Part shown: piece by piece, positions 9,804-19,584 of the stretch
How positions within the stretch are numbered: position 1 is the first letter of the stretch
Layout of the letters: the number at the start of each line of letters is the position of its first letter
Source: Spirochaetia bacterium
GTDB taxonomy: Bacteria > Spirochaetota > Spirochaetia > CADAEX01
NCBI GenBank assembly: GCA_963662795.1
Contig: OY759746.1
Location: 2,503,817 to 2,567,816, forward strand
Length of the DNA: 64,000 bases
Direction: 5' to 3'
Notes under the pieces: model-generated
The model's input: the letters and a program-made list of their open reading frames with translations, nothing else
Told to the model about the DNA's origin: nothing
Database searches by the model: none
Position numbers and translations under genes: made by a program

Positions 9804-11271
9804 GGGATTTCTTGAATTCAGTAAAACATATCCGACTTATCAGCCTGTACGGGACAGGGTATCCCATTACAGGGAATTTACAAATAATCCTGACCTTAAA
9901 AAAATACAGACAGAATGCGGCAGGTGCATGGATTGCGGAATTCCGTACTGTCATGCCCTGGGATGCCCTCTGGGTACACTGATCCCGGAAATAAATGAAA
10001 ATATATGGAACGGGGATTATCATGAAGCGTACCTGCGCCTTGAATCAACAGGAAATTTTCCCGAAATTACAGGGAGACTATGCCCCGCACTTTGTGAAGC
10101 ATCATGTTCCCTTTCTGTCAATGACTATCCTGTTTCCATAAAATGCATTGAATACAGGCTTGCTGAAACAGCTTTTAAAAACGGCTGGGTAATTCCTTTG
10201 CCCCCTGTCTCTGAAAACGGAATCAAGGTCGCTGTAATAGGCTCCGGGCCGGCAGGACTTGCCGCGGCCCAGCAGTTAAGGAGGGCCGGCTTCAGCGTGA
10301 CAGTTTTTGAAAAAGATAAAAAACCGGGCGGACTTCTACGCTACGGCATTCCTTCATTCAAACTCGAAAAGTGGGTTCTTGACAGGCGTCTTGAGCAGCT
10401 TAAGGAGGAGGGTGTTGTCTTCCGTAATGAAGTTGTTATCGGTGATGACATTTCCGCTGAATACCTGCGCCGTTTTTATAATATTATTGTACTTGCGACA
10501 GGAGCGGGCAAACCGAGAGAAATCAAGGCAATCGGCTCAGGTTTTGAAAATATTGTATATGCGCTTGATTATCTTTCATCATCGGAGAGATGTCTTTCAG
10601 GAGAGTCTGCCGGAGACGGAACAGGCTGGCAAAAGCGTATAAATGCAGAAGGTAAAAGTGTTCTCGTTATAGGCGGCGGAGATACAGGTGCCGATTGTGT
10701 CGGGACTGCCGTGAGACAGGGGGCAAAAAAGATCTGTCAGTTTGAAATAATGATGCCGCCCGAATCCCATAGCGGTGCAGGCAATCCTGCGTGGCCCGAT
10801 TATCCGGGGATAATGAGAAATTCATCCTCTCATGAAGAGGGCGGACAGCGGTATTGGGCTACGGAGGTCTATCAGTTTACTGGCAAGGATGTATATGTCG
10901 AAAAAGCGCTCTGCCGCAGGGTAAGCTGGAATTATGACCCGGCATCGGGGCGGCACAGCTTCAGTCCTGTAGGAGGCAGTGAATTTGAAGCTGATGCAGA
11001 CCTTGTTATAATAGCAGCCGGATTTATCCACACGGAACACAGCCGCCTTCTTTCCAAACTGGGAGTGACATTTGACAGGGCTGGTAATATAAAAAAAGAT
11101 GAAAATAATATGACAGATGCTGAAGGAATATACGCTGCCGGGGACTGCTCTGCCGGAGCTTCGCTTATTGTAAAGGCAATTAAGAGCGGAAGGGATGCGG
11201 CGTCTTCCATCATAGCGAAATACAGAGATCTGCCTGGATACGAAGTTTCCGATAACACTCATTATCTTTGA
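9790..11271 (+). CDS. gltD: glutamate synthase small subunit (NAD(P)H-dependent)
   Basis: Two Cys clusters (CMDCGIPYC, CPALCEASC), the dinucleotide folds VAVIGSGPAGLAAA and VLVIGGGDTGADC, and a 14-nt overlap with gltB. Confidence 0.93.
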   Translation: MGKNKGFLEFSKTYPTYQPVRDRVSHYREFTNNPDLKKIQTECGRCMDCGIPYCHALGCPLGTLIPEINENIWNGDYHEAYLRLESTGNFPEITGRLCPALCEASCSLSVNDYPVSIKCIEYRLAETAFKNGWVIPLPPVSENGIKVAVIGSGPAGLAAAQQLRRAGFSVTVFEKDKKPGGLLRYGIPSFKLEKWVLDRRLEQLKEEGVVFRNEVVIGDDISAEYLRRFYNIIVLATGAGKPREIKAIGSGFENIVYALDYLSSSERCLSGESAGDGTGWQKRINAEGKSVLVIGGGDTGADCVGTAVRQGAKKICQFEIMMPPESHSGAGNPAWPDYPGIMRNSSSHEEGGQRYWATEVYQFTGKDVYVEKALCRRVSWNYDPASGRHSFSPVGGSEFEADADLVIIAAGFIHTEHSRLLSKLGVTFDRAGNIKKDENNMTDAEGIYAAGDCSAGASLIVKAIKSGRDAASSIIAKYRDLPGYEVSDNTHYL

Positions 11272-11274
11272 CTA

Positions 11275-11289
11275 ACCCCGCTGCGGGGT
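11275..11289 (+). terminator. weak GC-rich hairpin after gltD (ACCCCG-ctg-CGGGGT)
   Basis: 6-bp stem with a 3-nt loop, followed by ATATATTATT, which is not a clean U-tract. Confidence 0.3.
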
Positions 11290-11302
11290 ATATATTATTG
11301 AA

Positions 11303-12556
11303 ATGCAGGATATATACGGAATAAAAAACGAAGAAGAAAAACTTCTTGAAAGATTTTTAAGATATGTGAAGATAGAAACTACATCTTCATCAGAATCTTC
11401 CTCAACCCCCTCAACAGCGTGCCAGTGGGATATTCTTAAGCTTCTTGAAAAGGAGCTCATCGAAACAGGACTTTCAGAAGTTGAGCTTGACGGAAACGGA
11501 TATATAAGAGCGCTTATCCCACCATCTCCGGGATACGGGAATGTTCCTGTTATAGGATTTCTTGCCCATGCTGACACAGCTTCAGATGTATCAGGTAAAA
11601 ATGTAAAGCCTCTTGTACACCGTAATTACAGCGGTGAACCCATAGAGCTTAAGGGCGCAAGGCTTGATCCTGAGGATTTCCCCTCTCTTTTAAAGTACAG
11701 GGGAGAGACGATAATTACTTCGGATGGAACTACTCTTCTCGGAGCGGACGACAAGGCAGGTGTTGCGGAGATAATGACAGCCGCAGATTTTCTTGTCAGC
11801 CATAAAGAGATAAAACATGGCCCTGTTGAAATATTTTTTACCCCGGATGAGGAAATAGGGCGTGGTATGTCTAAATTTCCCCTTGAAAAGGTAAAGTCGG
11901 TTTTCTGCTATACTCTTGACGGTGACGGTGAGGGGAATATTGAAACTGAATGTTTTAACGCCTGGGCTGTAAATATAAAAATAAAAGGGCGGGTCATACA
12001 TCTCGGGTCGGCAAGGGGAAAGCTCGTAAACGCGGTTAAAATTGCATCAGAATTTGTTTCAATGCTGCCATCATCAGAAAGTCCTGAATCTACGGACGGG
12101 AGATTTGGATATTACTGCCCCCACAGCATAACCGGAACACTTGAAAAAGCTTCAGTTGAGCTCCTTTTGAGGGATTTTGACGGAATGGGCATGAAAAAAC
12201 GGATTAAAGCTGTAGAAGACACGGCAAAAGCGCTGGAAAACCTCTATCCCGGAAGCAAAGTGGAAACTGTATTTACCAAACAGTACAGCAATATGATTGA
12301 TTTCATTGGAAAAGAGAGCAGGGGATTAAAGCTCCTGTTTGACGCAGTCGGAAAATCGGGAGCACAGCCGGTTGAAAAGATAATAAGGGGAGGCACGGAC
12401 GGTGCGAGGTTAAGTGAAATGGGGATACCATGCCCGAATATTTTTACAGGCGGGCATAATTACCACAGCAGGGAAGAATGGGCTGTCCTTTCCTCAATGG
12501 TTAAGGCCTGTTCAACCATAGTTGCCCTTGCAGACCTGTGGACGTCTGAAAGATAA
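11303..12556 (+). CDS. pepT: peptidase T (tripeptide aminopeptidase, M20B)
   Basis: LERFLRYVKIET, HADT and GADDKAG motifs. At 417 aa the length is typical of PepT. Confidence 0.9.
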   Translation: MQDIYGIKNEEEKLLERFLRYVKIETTSSSESSSTPSTACQWDILKLLEKELIETGLSEVELDGNGYIRALIPPSPGYGNVPVIGFLAHADTASDVSGKNVKPLVHRNYSGEPIELKGARLDPEDFPSLLKYRGETIITSDGTTLLGADDKAGVAEIMTAADFLVSHKEIKHGPVEIFFTPDEEIGRGMSKFPLEKVKSVFCYTLDGDGEGNIETECFNAWAVNIKIKGRVIHLGSARGKLVNAVKIASEFVSMLPSSESPESTDGRFGYYCPHSITGTLEKASVELLLRDFDGMGMKKRIKAVEDTAKALENLYPGSKVETVFTKQYSNMIDFIGKESRGLKLLFDAVGKSGAQPVEKIIRGGTDGARLSEMGIPCPNIFTGGHNYHSREEWAVLSSMVKACSTIVALADLWTSER

Positions 12557-12633
12557 AATGTTTGAAAAAAGAGCCGTAATATATTAAACTATATATTGAG
12601 GTACTCTATCTGAAACAATTTATTCTGGTAGTA

Positions 12634-14391
12634 TTGTCAATTTTCCTCATTGCCTGTACAAATCCGATTGGATCAAATGATTCGGAAGAGGCTGTAACTG
12701 TATATACCATTAAAAACGGTTCAATCCTTGAAACAGGCTCAGCTCTCCCTGTTACTCTTGTCTATGATGAATCTGTAAGTGATTTTGACTACCTTATGAT
12801 CTCTCTTTATGATGACGCGGGGACAGAACTTGCTGCAAATAAAATAAGTAAGAATACGATAGGAAACAACAGGAAAAAAGAGATAGATTTGCCTGGAAAT
12901 CTGGAAAAAGGGCTTTATCATATAAAATTTGAACTTCTGAAAGGCGATACTGCTGTTTTCAGCAGTGTGACAGATTTTTTCAGTGAAACCGGTAATTACG
13001 CTGTAAAAACAATGCTTTCCTATCCGCCTGATCCGGCTCCCGGAGAAAATGTCCTGCTGATTGCTGATTCCGTATACCCGGCAGGCCGTGACCCGTACTA
13101 CAGATGGGAAATAAACGGAAAGATTGTACATGAAGGGCTGTTCTCCGCGGGGGGAAATAAATACAGCTGGAAAACAACCGCCAATGAAGGTGCATTCCCT
13201 GTCAGAGTGGAAATGTTTCCGTTTGCCCCCTCCAAAGCTGTTTTTGATAATTTTATCTCACCGTTTTATAATGAATCCATTATTTTTGTTTCTGAATCAA
13301 ACAGAAAAAGATTCAATGAATTCACTCCGGAAAGTTCATACAGCACACTTTTCCATTTCAGGGGAGAAATAACTGATTCCGGTTATAATTCGATAAAAGG
13401 GGCGGCCGGCATTATTACAGGATCTCCGGCACTGGATTTCCGAAGCGGCATATATGGCTACTATTTTAAAAATGACGATTCCATATCCAGCCCTTCTTTG
13501 TCTGTTCCATTTTCCAAACAGGGAGAAATGCAGCCTTTCTCAATAAAATTCAGATTTTTGCCGGATTATTCCGCCGCTTTTTCAGAAAAACAGGGAACAA
13601 TCCCTCTCTTTACAGCGATTTCTGACGACGGCATATTCAGACTTGTCTCAGGGTTCTCCGGAAGGGGTGAGTATTATCTCGAGCTTGTTTCGGGAGGCCG
13701 GAGGTTTATAAGCAGGACCTATGATTCAATATCCGCAACCGGCAGTATCATAAATCTTAATATATCGGTTTATCCTGACAGCGGCTCAAGCCTGATTGTC
13801 TGGATGATAAACGGAAAGACTGTACAAAAGGATAAAGCCCCGTTCCGGCCTGAAATTGAAAATACAAAGGGAAGAACTGTTATAGGCAGCAGTTTATACC
13901 CGCTTCTCATTGATGAGGCAGGAGTATTTACAAAAACATCAGACGGAAAATCTTCAGTTGATCCTGAGGCCTTTAAAAACTATAATCTGGAAAAATTCGG
14001 CAACGACCTTATTTTTGCTGAAGGATTTGATAATAACCTAAATTTAAGGAATATCACTGTGTCGGGAACTCCCGAGATTAAGGGAGGCAGTGTGATACTT
14101 GATCCCGGGGAGATGATCCGAATCGGCGATCAGCTGCAGTTATCGGAAAATGTGGAAATAGCTGTATCGGGAAACTGTACGCTCATTGTAAAAGACAGCG
14201 AAGGTAAAGTGACTGCATCAGGGGATTTTGACAATGCAGGTGAAAGTCTGATATTGGAGGCAAATCCTGAAGAGAGATATAATCTCTTCCTTGAAAACCG
14301 GGACCTAATCAGCTCCGGTTTTGCTGATGATATACTTGCAACAAGAATACCTGCTGATTCCGGAAACGGATTAAAACTTGAGAAAAACTGA
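12634..14391 (+). CDS. putative lipoprotein with a LamG/concanavalin-like domain
   Basis: Lipobox L-I-A-C at the very N-terminus of the track ORF. The frame is open back to 12580 and would add LKQFILVVL to the signal peptide, so the start is probably upstream and non-ATG. The central region has a LamG-like pattern (ALDFRSG..GYYF..). Confidence 0.55.
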   Translation: MSIFLIACTNPIGSNDSEEAVTVYTIKNGSILETGSALPVTLVYDESVSDFDYLMISLYDDAGTELAANKISKNTIGNNRKKEIDLPGNLEKGLYHIKFELLKGDTAVFSSVTDFFSETGNYAVKTMLSYPPDPAPGENVLLIADSVYPAGRDPYYRWEINGKIVHEGLFSAGGNKYSWKTTANEGAFPVRVEMFPFAPSKAVFDNFISPFYNESIIFVSESNRKRFNEFTPESSYSTLFHFRGEITDSGYNSIKGAAGIITGSPALDFRSGIYGYYFKNDDSISSPSLSVPFSKQGEMQPFSIKFRFLPDYSAAFSEKQGTIPLFTAISDDGIFRLVSGFSGRGEYYLELVSGGRRFISRTYDSISATGSIINLNISVYPDSGSSLIVWMINGKTVQKDKAPFRPEIENTKGRTVIGSSLYPLLIDEAGVFTKTSDGKSSVDPEAFKNYNLEKFGNDLIFAEGFDNNLNLRNITVSGTPEIKGGSVILDPGEMIRIGDQLQLSENVEIAVSGNCTLIVKDSEGKVTASGDFDNAGESLILEANPEERYNLFLENRDLISSGFADDILATRIPADSGNGLKLEKN

Positions 14392-14409
14392 TAAAATCCG
14401 GATATAACC

Positions 14410-15675
14410 ATGATAAAAAAAATATCTGTCTCCGCAATTCTGTTTTTTGCAGTGATTGCAACTGCTTCTGCATCAGAAACTTCTGAATTCAATATCGGGT
14501 ACAGGGGATTAACCTGGGATGAATCACTTTCAGATGCCTTGACTGCTGATAAAAAAAATGAGGTCACATCATATCTCAATAATCAGTTTATACAAATACT
14601 GACCTCTTCCGGTCTTTTTGTTGTTTCAGAATCTCCTCAGGAAGAGGGAAAGCGTGAAGAGTATGCATCCGGGAATTATTCGCTTTTTCCTGTTATAACT
14701 GTTTTTAAGGAGGTTGAATCTGAAATAAGCGGGTATTTTTTCGATTGCCAGATAACCCTTACAGTCCGGAATGATTCAGATACAGAAGTGGAGACTGAAG
14801 TAAACCCGGAAGTTGAAGTACCCCCGGAGGTAAATGCTGACTTGAATACTGGATCTGACGGGAGCGCCTCTGAGGTTTTCTATCTCAAGCATATTGGCTC
14901 AGGAAAAAATTCCGCCATTGCCATGCAGAAGAGTCTTGAAGGAATAGTCGACCAGTTTGAATTTCTCCTTATCGGGTTTGAACAGTGGTCAGACAGTTTC
15001 AGGGTAATTGATATATACCAGGGTGCGGTTATAATAAATTCAGGTAAAAAGCGCGGCCTCCGTAAAGGGGATTTCCTCCATTCGTTTGATTACAAAAGCG
15101 GAAAAATAACGGGCGATTTCGTTGTAGAAAAAACTGATGGAGATATTTCATATGCCCGTATACTCAAGGTGAAAAAATATCCGAAAGCAGGCGATCCTCT
15201 CCGTCTGGATGATTTTATCGGTTTTTCAGTAAACGGATATACGGATTATTTCTCAGGTGGAGAATTTTCAGGTTACACATCAGGTGTCAGCCTGCTATGG
15301 AGTGGCGGCCTTTATGTTTTTCATCCTCTTGCCGGATTTGAATATTTCAGCATAAAAGATATAAATGATGCCTTTATTGATATTCTTATCCCCTATGGCG
15401 GGTTTAAAATTGTAAGGCATATAGGGGCAATGACATTATCTTCCCTGATAACCGCAGGTGCTGGGTATGTCTCTGATTCAGATCTTCTTGGCACTGAATA
15501 CCGGGGGTGGCAGTATAAGGGGGGAACAGTAAAGGCCTCGGTAGAAAGAAGATTCGGGAATCGTTTCTCTGTTTTTGCGGAAGCCGGATATTCATACTGG
15601 TATTCAGATGATGTTAGAGAGCTCACTGATATTGCCGGGTTTCTGGCGGGCGGGGGAGTGAGCGTAAAGTTTTAG
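14410..15675 (+). CDS. putative outer-membrane protein (signal peptide, acidic linker, C-terminal beta-barrel-like region ending in Phe)
   Basis: MIKKISVSAILFFAVIATASA signal peptide, alternating hydrophobic C-terminal strands, and an OMP-type terminus GGGVSVKF. Confidence 0.5.
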   Translation: MIKKISVSAILFFAVIATASASETSEFNIGYRGLTWDESLSDALTADKKNEVTSYLNNQFIQILTSSGLFVVSESPQEEGKREEYASGNYSLFPVITVFKEVESEISGYFFDCQITLTVRNDSDTEVETEVNPEVEVPPEVNADLNTGSDGSASEVFYLKHIGSGKNSAIAMQKSLEGIVDQFEFLLIGFEQWSDSFRVIDIYQGAVIINSGKKRGLRKGDFLHSFDYKSGKITGDFVVEKTDGDISYARILKVKKYPKAGDPLRLDDFIGFSVNGYTDYFSGGEFSGYTSGVSLLWSGGLYVFHPLAGFEYFSIKDINDAFIDILIPYGGFKIVRHIGAMTLSSLITAGAGYVSDSDLLGTEYRGWQYKGGTVKASVERRFGNRFSVFAEAGYSYWYSDDVRELTDIAGFLAGGGVSVKF

Positions 15676-15717
15676 TATATTGAAACCCTTCTTTCTTTAA
15701 GCTATTCTGCTAAGGAT

Positions 15718-17082
15718 ATGAAATATTATGAATATGATACCGATGACATGATTGCAGCGCTCGCAACGCCATGGGGAGAGAGTGCGCTTGCTGTTATCAG
15801 GACCTCAGGTGATGGATGTATAGATACCTTGTCTTCCTGTTTCAGGGGAAAGGACAACCTTTCAGACTCAGACGGCTATTCACTGCATTATGGCAGGATA
15901 ATTGATCCTGATACAGGAAATACGGTGGATCAGGTTGTTGCGGGAGTCTACAGAAAACCAAGGAGCTATACAGGACAGGATATGGTTGAGATTTTCTGCC
16001 ACGGCAGTATGCCGGGAATTACAGGCATTCTTGATGCCCTCCGTATTAAGGGTTTCAGGGATGCAGCTCCGGGAGAGTTTACTCTAAGGGCATTTCTTAA
16101 CGGAAAAATGGACCTGACCGGTGCCGAGGCTGTCAACGAGATTATCAGGGCAAAATCGCCGCAGGCAATGGGGCTTGCCCTTGAAAGACTTTCAGGTTCT
16201 GTCTTTAACAGCATAAACAGTATTAAAACACTTGTTTCTGAGATACTTGCCGAGATTGAGCTCCAGCTCGATTATGCGGAAGATGAGGCAGACCCCGAAG
16301 CAGTTTTAAGTACCGGTAAAATTGAAACTGCACTCTCCGGCCTGAAGGAGCTTGCCTCTACCTACAGGATCGGAAAAGTTCTTCAGGAAGGGGTCCGGAC
16401 CGTTCTTACAGGACGGACAAACGCGGGGAAATCATCGCTCTTTAACCTTTTAAACCGGGCGGAGAGGGCCATTGTTTCCGAGTATCATGGAACTACAAGG
16501 GACTATATTGAATCTTTGCTTGTTATAAGCGGCATTCCTGTCAAACTCTATGACACGGCAGGGATACGGGTTTCCGATCATCCGGTAGAAGCGGAAGGCA
16601 TTAAAAAAAGCGGAGAAATCATAGAAGCATCTGATATCATAGTATACCTTGTTGACGGAATCGACGGCCTTACTGATGAGGACAGAAAAAGAATAGACCT
16701 TCTTGACAGGAAAAAACTCATCAAAGTCTGGAATAAATCAGATATAAGCACAAAGGAAATTCCTGAAGATTATATTGCTGTCAGTTCGCTTACAGGTTCA
16801 GGACTTGATGAACTTGAGAGGGAAATAGTTTCCAGGGCAGGGGCTGGAAATATTATGCTTGATGACAGGGCTGTAATTGATTCGCAGCGGCAGAAGACCC
16901 TGATTGACAGTGCCCTTTTATCACTTGAAAATTCACGCTCTGCGATAAGGGGCAGCATGCCTCTTGATGTTGTAGCTGTGGATATAAAGGAAGCGCTTGA
17001 CAGTCTCGGGGAAATTACAGGGGAAATAACAACAGCAGATATTCTTGATCTCATGTTTTCACGATTTTGTGTAGGAAAATAG
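15718..17082 (+). CDS. mnmE: tRNA modification GTPase MnmE
   Basis: G1 motif GRTNAGKSSL, DTAGIR, and the C-terminal FCVGK signature. Confidence 0.95.
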   Translation: MKYYEYDTDDMIAALATPWGESALAVIRTSGDGCIDTLSSCFRGKDNLSDSDGYSLHYGRIIDPDTGNTVDQVVAGVYRKPRSYTGQDMVEIFCHGSMPGITGILDALRIKGFRDAAPGEFTLRAFLNGKMDLTGAEAVNEIIRAKSPQAMGLALERLSGSVFNSINSIKTLVSEILAEIELQLDYAEDEADPEAVLSTGKIETALSGLKELASTYRIGKVLQEGVRTVLTGRTNAGKSSLFNLLNRAERAIVSEYHGTTRDYIESLLVISGIPVKLYDTAGIRVSDHPVEAEGIKKSGEIIEASDIIVYLVDGIDGLTDEDRKRIDLLDRKKLIKVWNKSDISTKEIPEDYIAVSSLTGSGLDELEREIVSRAGAGNIMLDDRAVIDSQRQKTLIDSALLSLENSRSAIRGSMPLDVVAVDIKEALDSLGEITGEITTADILDLMFSRFCVGK

Positions 17083-17095
17083 CAGGTAAATAAAT

Positions 17096-18955
17096 ATGGA
17101 TTTTGATGCAATTGTAATCGGCGGCGGACATGCCGGAATAGAAGCCGGCCTTGCCCTTGCAAGGCTTTCATACAGGACTCTCTTTATAACCCAGAATGTA
17201 GATACAATAGGAAAGTTGTCGTGCAACCCTGCAGTGGGGGGCCTTTCAAAAGGCAATATTGTCCGTGAAGTGGATGCCCTCGGTGGTGAAATGGCAAACC
17301 TGATTGACAGTACAATGATCCAGTTCAGGATGCTGAATAAAAGCAGGGGGCCGGCTGTCCAGGCGCCGAGAGCTCAGGCTGATAAATTCGCCTATAACCA
17401 GCTTGCGAAATGGACACTGGAAAGGCAGGACAATCTGCAGCTCTTTCAGGATACAGTGACGGATTTTATCTTAAACAGCAGCGGGAATAAAATCAAAGGG
17501 GTCGTAACAGAAAGGGGCCGGAGATTTACAGCAAATGCTGTCGTTCTTACAACAGGCACTTTCCTTGAAGGAATGATATTTATCGGCGATTATACTTCTG
17601 TCTCGGGCAGGATAGGCGAACCTGCCGCTTTGGGTCTTGGAGTAAATTTACGGAAAATGGGGTTTTCTGTAGGGAGGCTCAAGACAGGAACCCCAGCGAG
17701 GGTCAGAAGGGGTTCCCTGGATTTCAGTAAAATGGAGAGGCAGGAGGGAGACGGTGAAATTATCCCTTTTTCATTCAGCAGGGAGAATGTTGAAAGGCCG
17801 CAGCTGCCGTGCCATATAACTTACACCAATGAAAAGACACACCAGATAATCAGGGATAATATAGGAAGATCGCCCCTGTTCGGGGGGAAAATATCAGGAA
17901 AAGGACCCCGCTACTGCCCCTCAATTGAGGACAAGGTTGTAAGATTTCCAGACAAGCTGCGCCATCAGGTATTTGTCGAGCCGGAAGGGCTTGAGTCGGA
18001 AGAGATGTATCTTAACGGAATTTCATCCTCCCTCCCGGAAGATGTACAGGAAGCATTTCTTAAAACCCTTCCCGGGCTTGAAAAAGTTGAAGTTATAAGG
18101 CCCGGATATGCGGTAGAATATGATTTTATCGATCCGAGACAGCTGAGACCTTGCCTGATGACTAAAAAAATCGAAGGACTTTTTGTTGCCGGACAAACAA
18201 ACGGCACTTCCGGATATGAGGAAGCTGCCTGCCAGGGGCTTATGGCAGGAATAAACGCATCGCTTTATCTTGCGGGGCGTGAGCCTTTTATCCTTGGCAG
18301 GACGGAGGCGTATACCGGCGTACTGATTGATGATCTTGTTACTCTCGGGACAGAAGAACCTTACAGAATGTTTACTTCAAGGGCTGAGCACCGGCTTTCT
18401 CTCCGCCACGATACAGCAGACCGGAGGCTGATGCCTAAATCGAAGGAGATAGGACTGCTTGGGAATGAAGCCTGGGAAAAATTTCAGGAAAAGCTGTCCA
18501 GGACTGATGAGGTCCGGGAACTTTTGCGTCAGAGAAGGGTAACCGAAAGCGCAATTAAAACGGTTGAAGGGGATTTATACGCTGTTTTAAAGAAGCATAT
18601 AGGAAAAACCTATGAACAGACAATAAAAGATCCGGATGTGACAATAGAGACTTTCAGAAATTTTGATGATGTAATAGACGGAACAAGGAAGGAATGGCTT
18701 TCACTGATTGAGCTTGATATCAAATACGAAGGATATATAGACAGACAGGAGCGGCAGGTAAAACGGTTTGAAAAAATGGAAAAAATGAAAATCCCCGATA
18801 ATTTCAACTACGATACTGTAGACGGGATATCGACAGAATCAAGGCAGAAATTCAAGGCGATAATGCCTGCGACAATCGGGCAGGCAACGAGAATATCAGG
18901 TGTAAGGAATTCCGATATTGCCGTACTTATGATCTATCTCGGGAGAAAAAAGTGA
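17096..18955 (+). CDS. mnmG: tRNA uridine 5-carboxymethylaminomethyl modification enzyme MnmG
   Basis: N-terminal FAD fold VIGGGHAGIEA and a GidA-typical length and sequence. It follows mnmE. Confidence 0.95.
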   Translation: MDFDAIVIGGGHAGIEAGLALARLSYRTLFITQNVDTIGKLSCNPAVGGLSKGNIVREVDALGGEMANLIDSTMIQFRMLNKSRGPAVQAPRAQADKFAYNQLAKWTLERQDNLQLFQDTVTDFILNSSGNKIKGVVTERGRRFTANAVVLTTGTFLEGMIFIGDYTSVSGRIGEPAALGLGVNLRKMGFSVGRLKTGTPARVRRGSLDFSKMERQEGDGEIIPFSFSRENVERPQLPCHITYTNEKTHQIIRDNIGRSPLFGGKISGKGPRYCPSIEDKVVRFPDKLRHQVFVEPEGLESEEMYLNGISSSLPEDVQEAFLKTLPGLEKVEVIRPGYAVEYDFIDPRQLRPCLMTKKIEGLFVAGQTNGTSGYEEAACQGLMAGINASLYLAGREPFILGRTEAYTGVLIDDLVTLGTEEPYRMFTSRAEHRLSLRHDTADRRLMPKSKEIGLLGNEAWEKFQEKLSRTDEVRELLRQRRVTESAIKTVEGDLYAVLKKHIGKTYEQTIKDPDVTIETFRNFDDVIDGTRKEWLSLIELDIKYEGYIDRQERQVKRFEKMEKMKIPDNFNYDTVDGISTESRQKFKAIMPATIGQATRISGVRNSDIAVLMIYLGRKK

Positions 18956-19584
18956 AAGAGCTTTTTGCTTCAGGTCTTGATAAGCTCGGGATTCCCTTTA
19001 CCGCCAAACAGTTTGACACTCTTGTGAAATTTTACAGTGAACTTTCTGTCTGGAACAGAAAGAGCGGTTTTGTAAAGGCTGAGGGAAAAGACCTGGTTAT
19101 CCGTCATTTTTTTGATTCACTTGCCGGCGTCAGGCTGTTGTCAGGAATGGATTTTAAAACTGCTGCCGATATAGGAACAGGGGCCGGGTTTCCCGGAATT
19201 CCTCTCTCTATCTTTTTTCCTGATAAAAAGTTTACACTGGTTGAAAGGTCCGCCAAAAAGAGTGATTTTCTGAATAATTGCAGGGTGCTTTTTTCACTGG
19301 ATAATGTGGATATAGCAGAATCGGAACTTGAGAATATCAGCGATAAGTTTGATCTTGTTGCTTTCAGGGCATTCAGGAATTTTAACGATTATTATAAAAA
19401 GCTTTTTTCAATACTTGCAGAGGACGGCTCAATTTTTGCCTACAAGGGAATAAAGGATAACGTAGAAGCGGAACTTGATGAGGCAGGAATAGAGGTTTAT
19501 AAAATACACAAGGTACAGGTTCCATTCATGACAGAAGAAAGGCACATCGTTATTATAAGAAAAGAAGATTTAATCCCTTCCTGA
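18952..19584 (+). CDS. rsmG: 16S rRNA (guanine527-N7)-methyltransferase RsmG
   Basis: SAM motif DIGTGAGFPGIPL. The GTG start overlaps the mnmG stop by 4 nt. Confidence 0.9.
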   Translation: MKELFASGLDKLGIPFTAKQFDTLVKFYSELSVWNRKSGFVKAEGKDLVIRHFFDSLAGVRLLSGMDFKTAADIGTGAGFPGIPLSIFFPDKKFTLVERSAKKSDFLNNCRVLFSLDNVDIAESELENISDKFDLVAFRAFRNFNDYYKKLFSILAEDGSIFAYKGIKDNVEAELDEAGIEVYKIHKVQVPFMTEERHIVIIRKEDLIPS

